Sequence record: NC_106721.1
Direction: 5' to 3' (one strand)
Length of the DNA stretch: 64,000 nucleotides
DNA from: Escherichia phage EC148
Below the pieces are notes generated by a model. It saw only the letters and a program-made list of their open reading frames with translations, did not search any database and was not told the origin of the DNA. Positions 42,345 to 52,830 of the stretch are shown piece after piece; position 1 is the stretch's first letter, and each line of letters opens with the position of its first letter. The position numbers and the translations under genes were made by a program.

Positions 42345-45178
42345 TCCACAGACTGTTCTCCATCATCTCCTTCTGCTCTAATACGAAAATATAGTTTTCT
42401 ATTTATTCCTAGAGCATCACTGTTATGAAGAGCAAAATCTGCCTTATTATACATTAATAAATAGTCATAAGTATACTGATTTTCAATACGTACACTTCTT
42501 AGCATTCTATTCTGGGAGTCATAGATTTCCAGAGTATAGAATATACTTTCTATTATATCTTCTTCTGGTATCCTATCCCAAGCTAGTTTTACATCTGGGC
42601 CTACAAATTCAGTTACATCCCCAGAAGCCGTATTAGTTACCCTAAAATTAGATACTACACTTAGGTTTTTAGCAGAGTTAAGTTCTATAGATAAGGTTAC
42701 TGGAGAACTTCTTCTACCATTTATATCCACAGCCCTTATTTCAAATATCGCTAAGCCTGCAGGCTCTCCAATTATCTCTTGGATCATGCGTTCATTGGGA
42801 TTTGTTTCTAGTTGCTGCACAATATAAGGCTCAGCATGCCCGGAATGCACGATAGAGTAATAAACTACGTTATTAGTTAAGCTTGGAAGCCAAGATAACT
42901 CACCATTTTTTCCTATAGAACCAACTAAACCACCGGGTGTAGGAGTATATTTAAAATCTCTAGGAGGAAGAACGTTGTTACTAATATCTGGTATATCATT
43001 ACCACTATTATCTACTTGATCAGAGTTGATAAATACATCTTCCCCATACTCCTGTAGAGTAACATTTATCTTTCCTTCTCTAGAGTTTTCGACTTCATCT
43101 ACTAAAAAGTACTTCTTATCCCATCCGTAACGGTCGTATGTAAATGCAATAGCATCGTTAGGCTCAATACCAATGAATTGATATGGTAAAGAAAATGAGA
43201 GGGTTCTAGAATACCTAGATTTCTTAAGTTCTCTGTCTGCAAAACTTCTAGCAGTATAGTAGTTAGTTATATTTGCAAAAGATAATTGTAATTTTTTATC
43301 TAAATTTTTATCCTGCTCTTTATATTTAGAGTTATAAAAGGTAATAGAGTTAGTTTTCCAGCTAAGAGCTGGGTCTACTATGGATGCTTGAACTGAGTTG
43401 AATTTATTTCTACCAGTAGTATCTGATAGCTCTAAATCACCATAAGTATCCAGAAAATTAATCTCTAATGGAGTATTAGAATATTTTTCTACAGTAATCC
43501 TATATTGACCAGATAAGTTGTTAATAGCCCCACCGTAGGATTCTAGTAAACCTTGCACATTTTTAAATACTGATTCAGATGTATCTAGAATAGTATTCAT
43601 TTGTACTATTTGTCTATTTTCTGCTAATGGATCAGTCCACCCAACATATCTCCAGTATGGCTGCCAGGATACTTGGTAAGATTCATCTATAATATCTAAG
43701 ATAGCAGCTTCTTGTACCAATTGTTGTAGGGGGAACTGATCAATAGCAATGTTTGCACCATACCTATCTGAAGTTAAGTAGTCAAGTGTTTGCCAAATAC
43801 CATTTAAACTAGTACTATTAGCAGTTACTCTACCATCAGGATGATAGATTTTTATCTTCTTACCCTGAATCTCAGCACTAACTTCTGGAATCTCAGTTCT
43901 ATTTTCATTAATAGTAAAGCGTACTACCGCGTATGCAGTATCTAATAGTTTATATCTAGCATCCCAGTACTCAGGCCCATTACCGTTCATATTTTGGAGA
44001 TAGAACCCACGTTCCTTCGCTATATTTACTAATACTTCAGAAGCCGTTTGATCAGCTTTTCCATGATAAGTCCAAATCCTTATATCACCATTACCATCAT
44101 TATATTTATATTCCTGACCGTGCACAGAAGGACTACTAGAAGATATTCCTGATGCTATTCTTTGCATGGTGTCTCCTGCTACTTTTTTAACACCGAAACA
44201 GGTTCTAGCAGAGCTATCATTAGAGTCCATACAAATCATAGGGTTATCCCCAAAGGAAAAGTCAAGAAAACCGTCTATCTCTCCTTCAGCAAAAGCGTAT
44301 ACTACGTAAACTATATTAGGATTGTGTAATTCCGTATCCGCAAAAATAGGTATTCCCGGTATTTTCTGTACACCATAAACTACTGGTATATACTTAGCAG
44401 CAAGGTTAAAATCTATATCTACTTCTTTAGTAACAGTCTCATAATACTTTTTAAGACTATAACTTCTAGATAGTCCAAATAGCTTTTTCTTAGACTTTAG
44501 CTTGTATCTTTCTTCCTGTACCTGATACTTTGCTAGAATAGAGATACTTTTATTGGCATGAAAGAACCCATAATCTTCCTGGTATTCAAGTCTTTTAGCC
44601 CCGTTAGATGGAACTAATTGTCCTGCTACAACCTCAAGCCCTCTATGAGAAGCATCATCAGTAAACCTACCGTTAACCCTATCAAAATCATAGAATTGGT
44701 TAGAACAATTCCAAGTAATTGTAGAGGTTCCAACCCCAGAAGTACTAATGTTGTCCTTAATACCTCCACCAGTAATTCTCCCTCTAAAGTATAATAAAGG
44801 GCCATTTGTGTCTGGGTCTACAGGTAAAATAGAACCATCCTCTGTAATAATTGCTTGGTGGATTGATACTAGTCTATCTAAAAAGGATACACCATTCTGC
44901 ACTAATTTCAGTACTTCATCCTGTGCTGTACCTGTAATAGTAAAAGATAGGCTGCCAATAGATAAATCTCTATTTTGTTTATGTGTGCTAATAGACTTAA
45001 CTTTACCGGCCTGGTACAAAATACCATTATATAGTACATCTCTAAAATAGTCAGTTAAGTAAATAAAAGCAGTACTAGTACCTGTAGAGCCGGGTAATTC
45101 TAGAGAAATTAGACTAGCAGTTTTTATTCTGCTATTATTTTTTAAGTAGTTTCTAGCACTATCTAATATTTTTTTCAT
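42329..45178 (-). CDS. baseplate hub protein (pb3-like)
   Basis: 949 aa; size and position between the Dit-like and pb4-like genes. Confidence 0.65.
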   Translation of the reverse strand: MKKILDSARNYLKNNSRIKTASLISLELPGSTGTSTAFIYLTDYFRDVLYNGILYQAGKVKSISTHKQNRDLSIGSLSFTITGTAQDEVLKLVQNGVSFLDRLVSIHQAIITEDGSILPVDPDTNGPLLYFRGRITGGGIKDNISTSGVGTSTITWNCSNQFYDFDRVNGRFTDDASHRGLEVVAGQLVPSNGAKRLEYQEDYGFFHANKSISILAKYQVQEERYKLKSKKKLFGLSRSYSLKKYYETVTKEVDIDFNLAAKYIPVVYGVQKIPGIPIFADTELHNPNIVYVVYAFAEGEIDGFLDFSFGDNPMICMDSNDSSARTCFGVKKVAGDTMQRIASGISSSSPSVHGQEYKYNDGNGDIRIWTYHGKADQTASEVLVNIAKERGFYLQNMNGNGPEYWDARYKLLDTAYAVVRFTINENRTEIPEVSAEIQGKKIKIYHPDGRVTANSTSLNGIWQTLDYLTSDRYGANIAIDQFPLQQLVQEAAILDIIDESYQVSWQPYWRYVGWTDPLAENRQIVQMNTILDTSESVFKNVQGLLESYGGAINNLSGQYRITVEKYSNTPLEINFLDTYGDLELSDTTGRNKFNSVQASIVDPALSWKTNSITFYNSKYKEQDKNLDKKLQLSFANITNYYTARSFADRELKKSRYSRTLSFSLPYQFIGIEPNDAIAFTYDRYGWDKKYFLVDEVENSREGKINVTLQEYGEDVFINSDQVDNSGNDIPDISNNVLPPRDFKYTPTPGGLVGSIGKNGELSWLPSLTNNVVYYSIVHSGHAEPYIVQQLETNPNERMIQEIIGEPAGLAIFEIRAVDINGRRSSPVTLSIELNSAKNLSVVSNFRVTNTASGDVTEFVGPDVKLAWDRIPEEDIIESIFYTLEIYDSQNRMLRSVRIENQYTYDYLLMYNKADFALHNSDALGINRKLYFRIRAEGDDGEQSVEWASI

Positions 45179-45789
45179 AGACTTTCCCGTAAATTTAGTG
45201 AGATGTTGGAGTATGTTCCGTTATTATTTAGTGTAGATCCAAAAGCATCACCATTCATGAGTTTTGTTCTAAATAGGATTCCATTAAATACTGGCTTCTC
45301 CGCTCCAGTAGTAGTTATAAATAAATCAGGGTATAAGTTTATAGACCATGTATTACCTGATTTGTTAAATGATGTTATTTTATATACTTTTGGGTGGTTA
45401 GACAGCTTAAATAGATCCCCCGGTTTTGGGGTACCTGTAAGAAACCCTTTTGTATCCATAGTTATATTAGAACCCTTCTGTCCAGCAGGTATATTTACTA
45501 GACTAGTATTACCTCTAACTCTAAAAGCTTCGTATTGGGGTAATATAACATCTATATAACCACCAGTCCTTTTGTATTCTAGAATAAAAGCATCTAGAAC
45601 ACTATATTCATCTGGAAATAATTCTGGATAAGAAATATTTATACCCCAGTATTGAGCAGATACCTTAACTTCGTTAACTTTACCATTTGGTAACTCATCA
45701 CGAATTACTGGGTCATTATCAATCAGGTTAACACTTTCGAATCCTAAGCCTGAAAGTTCTGGATTCGTGTATGGGTCTGGTAATCTCAT
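45175..45789 (-). CDS. distal tail protein (pb9/Dit-like)
   Basis: 204 aa; immediately downstream of the tape-measure gene; own sigma70-like promoter and AAAGAGGAGAAA RBS. Confidence 0.6.
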   Translation of the reverse strand: MRLPDPYTNPELSGLGFESVNLIDNDPVIRDELPNGKVNEVKVSAQYWGINISYPELFPDEYSVLDAFILEYKRTGGYIDVILPQYEAFRVRGNTSLVNIPAGQKGSNITMDTKGFLTGTPKPGDLFKLSNHPKVYKITSFNKSGNTWSINLYPDLFITTTGAEKPVFNGILFRTKLMNGDAFGSTLNNNGTYSNISLNLRESL

Positions 45790-45816
45790 AGTTAATTTCT
45801 CCTCTTTAATAACAAT

Positions 45817-45845
45817 ATTATAATAGTATTAGAAAATTTTATCAA
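45817..45845 (-). promoter_or_regulatory. sigma70-like promoter upstream of the Dit-like gene (TTGATA-17-TATAAT)
   Basis: Minus strand; located just after the tape-measure terminator. Confidence 0.55.
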
Positions 45846-45862
45846 GAAATTTTTATTTTTCC

Positions 45863-45891
45863 ATAAAGAAAAGGAGGACTCAAAGTCCTCC
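45863..45891 (-). terminator. intrinsic terminator after the tape-measure gene
   Basis: Minus-strand GGAGGACU-UUG-AGUCCUCC followed by UUUUCUUUAUGG. Confidence 0.65.
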
Positions 45892-45898
45892 TCCAGTT

Positions 45899-48800
45899 TT
45901 AAGAATTTCCTAATGTTTTCAGACTAGCACCGTTCTCATTCAGAGCTAATTCTACTGCGTCTCTTAGAGCACTACTATTACTAGAAGCAAACTCTCTAAA
46001 ACTTGCAGCATCCATAGCACTAATATTCAAGATGATAGGTCTTCCTGAAGTTGAGTTAGATGAAGTTTTTAGCTCATCATTAGGTGTAGCTTTCATAGGA
46101 ATCATAGGGGTAACTACTTCTGTACCATGCTCACCCATTTGATAGCTAACCCCAGGGTACATATTACCACCCTCAGCACGAGGAACGAAAGAGTTAGCGC
46201 TACCTATACCTTGATCGCCACGAATATAAGACAGTTCACCTGCATTAGCAGACATGGACACATCTATATTCTTCTGACGTTCTCCTAAGGTTAGGTAACT
46301 AGTTGTATCCGCTCCAGAATCTGCAATACTTGACATACCAGATGCAGAAGATGCTTGAGCAAGAGCTAAGGCACCTGCCAAACCTGCCGCCACCATCAAA
46401 GGAATAGAGAACGGGTACGGTACAGCTGTCGCCGCTTGCATTACAGCTACTGCAGTTTGGATGATGATCTGCTTCTTAGCTGCGTCTTGTTGAATCTTCA
46501 ACTTTTCAGCTTCTAGTTTCTTCAACTTAGCTTTAGATGCTTCTGATTTACCATCACGTTTCTGCTCTGCTGCAATAGCCTGATCAATTGCACTAACCTG
46601 TTGACTAGTACTATATTGAATCATAGAGGCCACAGTCTGCATACCTGCTGCGATCGTGGAAGTAGTGTCTAAAGACCCCATAGAGAACTGAATCATAGCA
46701 TTGGTTAAATTACCCATGCTTTGAGCTACAGCAGTTGCTTCGGAATTTAACTCAGATAGTTTAGAAATTGCCTGATCATAAGAAGCCATTCTATTTCCCA
46801 TATCAGCAAAATCTTTATCTTCTCCAGATAGTCCAGTTGTAGGAGTGTACACAGCACCTAAAGAAGATCCAACAGAAGCTTGCATCTCCGCATTTCTCTG
46901 TGCCCTTAAACCTGCTAGTTGTGCCCTAGTTTCAGCTATCTTTTTATTATATTCCGCTTGTGCCGCAGCATTACCTAATGTTTTCTGCTTTAAGTCTTCA
47001 TATAATTTTAGCTGTTCCTGTAAGCGCTCCGCATTTCCCATTAATGGTTTAGCAGTAAATTGTCTTTGCTGTTCTTCCTCTCTACCAGCAGCCATTGAAG
47101 CAATCTGATCTTGGCGGAATTTCCAGATTTCACGTTCAATTTGGGCTTGAGCACGTCTAGACTGTTCCGCCTCTTTCTGTTTATCAGCTTGTTTTGTATA
47201 CCATTCGTACTTCTCTTTTTCAATGGTCAATTCAAGATTTAACTGTGCTAAACGATACTGAGTATCTGTCATAGTACGGTTATTTAAGAGAGCTATCTCA
47301 CGGTCTACACCCAGAATTTTATCTGTATAATCCTTAACTTTCTTCTGAGCTTCCATACCCTGATTGGTAAGCTTAAGTTTCTCCAGCTGAATTTTTTCAA
47401 TCTCTTTCTCAACAGCTTTATTTCCCTGATTAGTTTGAAGTACACGGCGTAAAGCAGCCTCTTGCTCTTCTAACTGTTGGAGTTCTAAACGCCTACCGGC
47501 TTCCTGTGCTTTTTCTTTATCTTTAGTTTGGTTGTATACGTCAGCTATCTTCTGTTGAACTGCTAACTGGTTCTTAGTCTCATTACCGGTTAGTTTAACG
47601 TACTCAGATAAGGCCTGAGACGCAGTTTTCATTTCAGACAGAGTATTATAGCCTAGGTTAAGGTTTTTAACATACTCGTCTGCACTTTTACCAGTACCTT
47701 GAGATAGTGATTCTATATTTTTTATAGCATCTGCTAAAGTAGCACTAGTCTTAGCAGCAGTATCTGTATTCTGAGCAACGTTCTGTATATCATTAGCTAA
47801 GTCACTAGCAGTTTTCTTAGTCTGATTATATGCCTTTTGTTGTTCAGTTAGTCCTTTTAATACAGTAGAGTTAAAATCGTATACAGCATCAGGATCAGTA
47901 GTATCTCTCTGTAGATTAATCTGTTTCTGAAACTCTGGATTAGCTTTTGCAGCAGCAGCTCCAGCAGCCTGATAAGCTGATTTCCAAGCATTGAGGTTCT
48001 CTGTAGAATCCTCTACTTCCTTACCGAGTCTAGTTACTTGTAGACCCATAGCTGCGGTTTCTTCTACAAACTTTTTATTAGCTTCGGAAGCACCCGCGGC
48101 TGCAATACCAACAGGAATACCTTCACCAACTTGACGTATAGCTAGTTTTGTATAGAAATCTGCTTGTTCCATTCGTTTATCGAACTCAGATTTTAGCTTA
48201 TTACGCTTATCAAGAGATTCCTTATACATATCTAGAGCTTTATTATAGCCTTCTTCAGAAGCAGCTAAACTTAAAGCAACAGCACCAACGTTGGTAGGGT
48301 CTATCTGTCTATTAGTTTTTTCTTGAGCTCTAGCTGCCTCAGCAGATATAGAAGCCTGAGATGTATAAAATACTGTGTTGATAGCATCAATTACTGGCCC
48401 TAAATACTTAGCAGCAGCTTGTTGTATTTTTCTTAGTGCAGCATCTGCATTAGCAGCAAATTGCTCCCATGGAGTTGCACGTAGTACTTCATCTAGATAG
48501 CCAAACCGTTTAGTAGATTCAGCAATTACTGCATTAGCATATGCTTGTTGCTTCTGGAAAGTGGTAAGACTATTAACATTATATGTTATACCTGTGTTTG
48601 CAGCATTTAACTGTTTAACATAATCAGCGTATGCGTCATTAAGACGGATAGTGACACCAAGTTCATCCAGAAGTTCGATTTCTTGTTTAGATACGCCCTT
48701 AATTACACGGTTAAGTGCATCAGTCATATCAACGCCAAGAACAGCAGCCGCACGACGAGCTACTAAACCAAATTTATTAAGTTGTTCAGCATCAAATCCA

Positions 48801-49579
48801 TAAGCAGATGCTGAAGATGCCTGTCTCATTGCTTCCTCAAAAGAAATAGCATATCCAGCAGCTTCTTGTAGTGATCTAGCAAGGGTCTGAACAGGAGTAC
48901 CTGTCTGAGTACCTACTATAACACCAAATTTTTCTAGACGATTTAGCTGATCACCTAGTTTAAGTTGTTCAAATGCTGATTGCAAAACGAAGATGTTGGA
49001 AGCAAGAGCTGCGTACATAATAGGTAGACTACCACCGATCTTAGCCATTGCCGCAAAATCACGAGTTGCACCACGTGCTGAACCAGAGGTATTACCAATA
49101 GCTCTAGAAGCTCTACCAGCGGCACCAGCAGTGTCGTTAAAACCTCTAGCTGTACCACCTAATGCTCTATTAGTATCGTATAATCTATCCTGGACTTTTT
49201 CTGTTGCAGCTGCAACATCATTACCCATTGTTTTAACAGATCTAGAAACTCCATCAAATCCAATTTCTAGTTTATCTGTTACTTCAATAAGTTGGATAGC
49301 CAGGTAATCTAGCTTATCACCAATACCATCAATGGATTTAGTAATACCAGCCATACCCCTACTAGCTTGCATTTTAGTAAGACTTTTCGCTGCTCTGTCT
49401 GCTGCCCTCTCAATGGAATAAAGAGTTCTGGGCATTTTACCTAACTGCTCATTTGTCAGTTCGGAAGCAGCAGCAGCATTTTCCAACGCATCAGATACGT
49501 TTTCAATAGACTTTGCAGTACGAGTTGCCCCCTTCTGTTTAACGTCTATTAGTAATTCTCGTATTAGCTTATCAGTCAT
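45899..49579 (-). CDS. tail tape measure protein (pb2-like)
   Basis: 1226 aa; largest tail-module ORF; Ala/Gln-rich, charged, helix-prone composition. Confidence 0.85.
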   Translation of the reverse strand: MTDKLIRELLIDVKQKGATRTAKSIENVSDALENAAAASELTNEQLGKMPRTLYSIERAADRAAKSLTKMQASRGMAGITKSIDGIGDKLDYLAIQLIEVTDKLEIGFDGVSRSVKTMGNDVAAATEKVQDRLYDTNRALGGTARGFNDTAGAAGRASRAIGNTSGSARGATRDFAAMAKIGGSLPIMYAALASNIFVLQSAFEQLKLGDQLNRLEKFGVIVGTQTGTPVQTLARSLQEAAGYAISFEEAMRQASSASAYGFDAEQLNKFGLVARRAAAVLGVDMTDALNRVIKGVSKQEIELLDELGVTIRLNDAYADYVKQLNAANTGITYNVNSLTTFQKQQAYANAVIAESTKRFGYLDEVLRATPWEQFAANADAALRKIQQAAAKYLGPVIDAINTVFYTSQASISAEAARAQEKTNRQIDPTNVGAVALSLAASEEGYNKALDMYKESLDKRNKLKSEFDKRMEQADFYTKLAIRQVGEGIPVGIAAAGASEANKKFVEETAAMGLQVTRLGKEVEDSTENLNAWKSAYQAAGAAAAKANPEFQKQINLQRDTTDPDAVYDFNSTVLKGLTEQQKAYNQTKKTASDLANDIQNVAQNTDTAAKTSATLADAIKNIESLSQGTGKSADEYVKNLNLGYNTLSEMKTASQALSEYVKLTGNETKNQLAVQQKIADVYNQTKDKEKAQEAGRRLELQQLEEQEAALRRVLQTNQGNKAVEKEIEKIQLEKLKLTNQGMEAQKKVKDYTDKILGVDREIALLNNRTMTDTQYRLAQLNLELTIEKEKYEWYTKQADKQKEAEQSRRAQAQIEREIWKFRQDQIASMAAGREEEQQRQFTAKPLMGNAERLQEQLKLYEDLKQKTLGNAAAQAEYNKKIAETRAQLAGLRAQRNAEMQASVGSSLGAVYTPTTGLSGEDKDFADMGNRMASYDQAISKLSELNSEATAVAQSMGNLTNAMIQFSMGSLDTTSTIAAGMQTVASMIQYSTSQQVSAIDQAIAAEQKRDGKSEASKAKLKKLEAEKLKIQQDAAKKQIIIQTAVAVMQAATAVPYPFSIPLMVAAGLAGALALAQASSASGMSSIADSGADTTSYLTLGERQKNIDVSMSANAGELSYIRGDQGIGSANSFVPRAEGGNMYPGVSYQMGEHGTEVVTPMIPMKATPNDELKTSSNSTSGRPIILNISAMDAASFREFASSNSSALRDAVELALNENGASLKTLGNS

Positions 49580-49594
49580 GTTTTATTTTTCCCA

Positions 49595-49628
49595 ATAAAA
49601 AAGGCTCTGGGCAAATCACCCAGAGCCA
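49595..49628 (-). terminator. intrinsic terminator between the chaperone genes and the tape-measure gene
   Basis: Minus-strand GGCUCUGGG-UGAUUUG-CCCAGAGCC followed by UUUUUUAUUGGG. Confidence 0.65.
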
Positions 49629-49662
49629 AGCCTCATCGTGGAACGCCCATTGGAGGAAACTT

Positions 49663-50031
49663 TTACCGTGCACGAGATCTAGCATGTGGCTTAACGTTAG
49701 GAATCCTTCCGTTTTGCGGTTTATGCTGCTCAGCACGCTTACGTGCAGCATCTACAGCTTTAGCATCAAATATATTGATAATGTGTAGAACGAATTCTTT
49801 TTCTATAGGATCAGTAATCCCATAAATATCAAATAAAACACCTAATGCAGCCTTATCCTTACCTATAAAAATAGGGAAGTCACCCGGTATGAAACAGTCA
49901 ATTAGACTGTTATAAATATTCATACTAATAGATACAATAGGTGGAAAATCTTCGAGTTCAACGGGCATAGCCTTAGGATCAGGCTCTATACCCATTGACT
50001 CGCAAAGTATTAAATATTGTTGTTTAGTCAT
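49663..50031 (-). CDS. putative tail assembly chaperone (122 aa)
   Basis: Position immediately upstream of the tape-measure gene. Confidence 0.4.
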   Translation of the reverse strand: MTKQQYLILCESMGIEPDPKAMPVELEDFPPIVSISMNIYNSLIDCFIPGDFPIFIGKDKAALGVLFDIYGITDPIEKEFVLHIINIFDAKAVDAARKRAEQHKPQNGRIPNVKPHARSRAR

Positions 50032-50092
50032 TTTAGATGCTGAGCTTTTAATACATTTGTCTGCAAAATCAGCAACAGCATCTAGGAGTTCT

Positions 50093-50497
50093 TTACGCTT
50101 TTGGGCTACGAAAAGTGTCTAAGTGGAACACTGTTTGGTTGATCCAAGAATCAAACGCAGCAGAGTTCTGCATAAGCATTACAGCATTATCGCGGCTAAA
50201 AGGAACTTCAGTAGCGGGATCAGCATCTGTTTCAATCAGCATCAGTTTTTCAACGTCACCTACAGTCAAACCAGTCCAACCTTTAATAGCTGCGTCAACA
50301 AATGCTTCAATGAACTTATCATCATCCTGCACTTGTATCAGTGTACCATTAACCCATTCGTCACGTTTAGCAGAAGAAATAACACGTTTAGAGGTAGCGC
50401 GAGACATATAGTTAAGTTCTAGTTTAAAGTTTGGCATACCTGGGTAGGAAAGAGTAATAGTACGAGTATCAAGAGTAATATCTTTTAAATTAATCAT
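50093..50497 (-). CDS. putative tail assembly chaperone (134 aa)
   Basis: Position between the tail tube and tape-measure genes. Confidence 0.4.
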   Translation of the reverse strand: MINLKDITLDTRTITLSYPGMPNFKLELNYMSRATSKRVISSAKRDEWVNGTLIQVQDDDKFIEAFVDAAIKGWTGLTVGDVEKLMLIETDADPATEVPFSRDNAVMLMQNSAAFDSWINQTVFHLDTFRSPKA

Positions 50498-51393
50498 TTT
50501 TTAATTTCTCCAAAGAAATCTATTCTCACTGGGTCTGAAGAAGCAGTAGGTATAATATCCCACTCAACTCTATACACATCTGAGAAATCTAGGCGTTTTG
50601 TAATACGTGCTGAAGGAAAATCTATAGAAATATTATTATTTCTTATATTTAAAGGTACATCTACCTCTGGTTCGACATTGTAAACCATATCTCCTGCAAA
50701 ACGTTTTAAGTAATATAGAGAAATAGTTGCCGAAGCATTCATTTCATTTACATAAGCTCTTTTATTATTATAGATTTTATTTATATCAAAAACACTCTTA
50801 TCTTCTCTCCAAGAGCACTGCTGCTGGAAAGATAAAGAGGCAGAGATAAGACCTGGTAAGACGCTACCATTAGTAGAAGCTATTACTGGGCTATAAGACA
50901 TTACTTCACCCTGTATAATAGAACCTGCTTCTCTATATGTAGATACTTCGGAAAATTTCCCCGATTCAATACCAACATTAAGAATTGGTATGTTCTTATC
51001 TAAAGAAAAATCTACCGTAGATACATAACAGTTTTCAAAATATACACAGTTATTATCTTTATTTACTATATAGATATTGAACATAATAGGTTCAATATTA
51101 TTACTATATAGTGGGAGTAAGAAAGTATTACCTTTTCTATCAAAACCTAACCATTCAAAGAAGTTAGCCTCAGTAAGAGTATTACTGAAATTTACTGCTA
51201 GAGAGATAGAAGAGGGGGTTTGAGCATTTATAATAGAGTCTGCATAGTTAGTTCTACGATGAACAGTCCTACGAAGAGTCTTGAATTCCTCGTAGGAAGT
51301 CTGTATATCATAGTTTGATAGGGCATCAAAATGAAATGCCCTACCATCATACTCAACTATAACTTTTGACTCTCTCATTAGAGAGTAGTACAT
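50494..51393 (-). CDS. minor tail protein (p140-like)
   Basis: 299 aa; ATGA overlap with the downstream gene. Confidence 0.45.
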   Translation of the reverse strand: MYYSLMRESKVIVEYDGRAFHFDALSNYDIQTSYEEFKTLRRTVHRRTNYADSIINAQTPSSISLAVNFSNTLTEANFFEWLGFDRKGNTFLLPLYSNNIEPIMFNIYIVNKDNNCVYFENCYVSTVDFSLDKNIPILNVGIESGKFSEVSTYREAGSIIQGEVMSYSPVIASTNGSVLPGLISASLSFQQQCSWREDKSVFDINKIYNNKRAYVNEMNASATISLYYLKRFAGDMVYNVEPEVDVPLNIRNNNISIDFPSARITKRLDFSDVYRVEWDIIPTASSDPVRIDFFGEIKK

Positions 51394-51397
51394 TTAA

Positions 51398-52804
51398 TTA
51401 GCCACCAGCAGTAACTGTAATGCTCTTAGTACCTTCTACACCAGAACCGTCTTTAGCTACAGCTTTGACAGTAACAGAACCTGTCTTAGTAGTGTCCGCA
51501 GTTAATAAACCAGATTCTGGATCAATTGTAGCTGCATCACCACTAGAAATAGACCAAGTTACAGCACTATTAGTAGCATCTGGCGGAGTTACTTCAACAG
51601 ACATCTGTAGAGTATTACTGTTCTGTACTGAAGTAGCATTACCAGCAGATTTAACTGTGATTGATTCAACTAGTTTTGGTGGAGTTTTAGCTCCATCTCC
51701 TGTAGCAATCAGATTAGCCACAGTGGTTTTAGTATACTTGTTAGAGAAACCAAGATAACCTTCATCACCAGTATCCAAATCTGTAGGGATAGCTTTAAAC
51801 TCTACTGAAGTACCAAGTACATCATCAGTCTCAATAGTAGGAATGTTAACGTGAGCCTGTTTAGCAACCAGCACAGCTGCCGGACGTTCATCATCGTATT
51901 CACCACCAAGGATAAGTGCGATTTCAAACTTGTTAACTACCTTCAAGGTTTTGATAAGATCTTTGTACAGTTCCATAGAACCAAGAGATTTATCATTTAG
52001 ATAGGCAGTTAGTGAACCAGTTAATTCAAATGCACCAGTAAATGAACCGATCGGAATATTTACACGGGACATAATATTCGGGGTTAGGTACGTGATGTTG
52101 TTATTAATGGTGAAAGTACCACCAGTAATAGGGATATCATATGCCTTATCAGAATCCATATCCTTAATTTTCAGGATAGTCAGTTTGTTCTTAATATAAG
52201 AACTCTGAATAGTCATATAAGTTTCATCATCAATACCTACAGTATCAGGATCAAATGGTTGCTCATCCAAAGGAATAAGCTGGTTACCATTACCTGACCA
52301 AGTTACACGACCAATATCCTCAATATCAACGTTAACTTCTGCCTGGTTGATCTGGCAAGAGTCGATGTAACTCCATGCTTTGTCAGTCAGGATGTAGATA
52401 TGCAGCATTGCCAGTTCGTGGTACGCGTTATCTTTAAAGTTAACCATAAAATTGGTTTCGTTATTATGTGCTCCTGTGTCACCTTCTAGGTTAAGAGCTT
52501 TACCACTAGAAAGAGCGTGCCATAACATATAGTCAGGAACAATCTGTTTGTTAGTAGTTTTATCTTTATACGGAAGGATATAAGTAGAGAAACTCCACTC
52601 AGCCGCGTTTAAAGAGTCATTAAAACGTTTAGAACCACGAGTTGGACGCGGACCAGCTTCATTAACAGTAATATCTGTTGAGTTACTGTCCTGACCCCAA
52701 GAAATATCATCCTGAACTAGAATCTCTTGCGTGTTGGTCTTATTATGACCAGTCTTAACCGTAGACACGAAGATTCGAGTATTACGTAATAGTTGTAAAG
52801 ACAT
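51398..52804 (-). CDS. tail tube protein with C-terminal Ig-like domain (pb6-like)
   Basis: 468 aa; C-terminal Ig-like segment ...SVTVKAVAKDGSGVEGTKSITVTA; host-optimised codons. Confidence 0.7.
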   Translation of the reverse strand: MSLQLLRNTRIFVSTVKTGHNKTNTQEILVQDDISWGQDSNSTDITVNEAGPRPTRGSKRFNDSLNAAEWSFSTYILPYKDKTTNKQIVPDYMLWHALSSGKALNLEGDTGAHNNETNFMVNFKDNAYHELAMLHIYILTDKAWSYIDSCQINQAEVNVDIEDIGRVTWSGNGNQLIPLDEQPFDPDTVGIDDETYMTIQSSYIKNKLTILKIKDMDSDKAYDIPITGGTFTINNNITYLTPNIMSRVNIPIGSFTGAFELTGSLTAYLNDKSLGSMELYKDLIKTLKVVNKFEIALILGGEYDDERPAAVLVAKQAHVNIPTIETDDVLGTSVEFKAIPTDLDTGDEGYLGFSNKYTKTTVANLIATGDGAKTPPKLVESITVKSAGNATSVQNSNTLQMSVEVTPPDATNSAVTWSISSGDAATIDPESGLLTADTTKTGSVTVKAVAKDGSGVEGTKSITVTAGG

Positions 52805-52830
52805 TTAATTATTTTCTCCTAATCTGTAAC

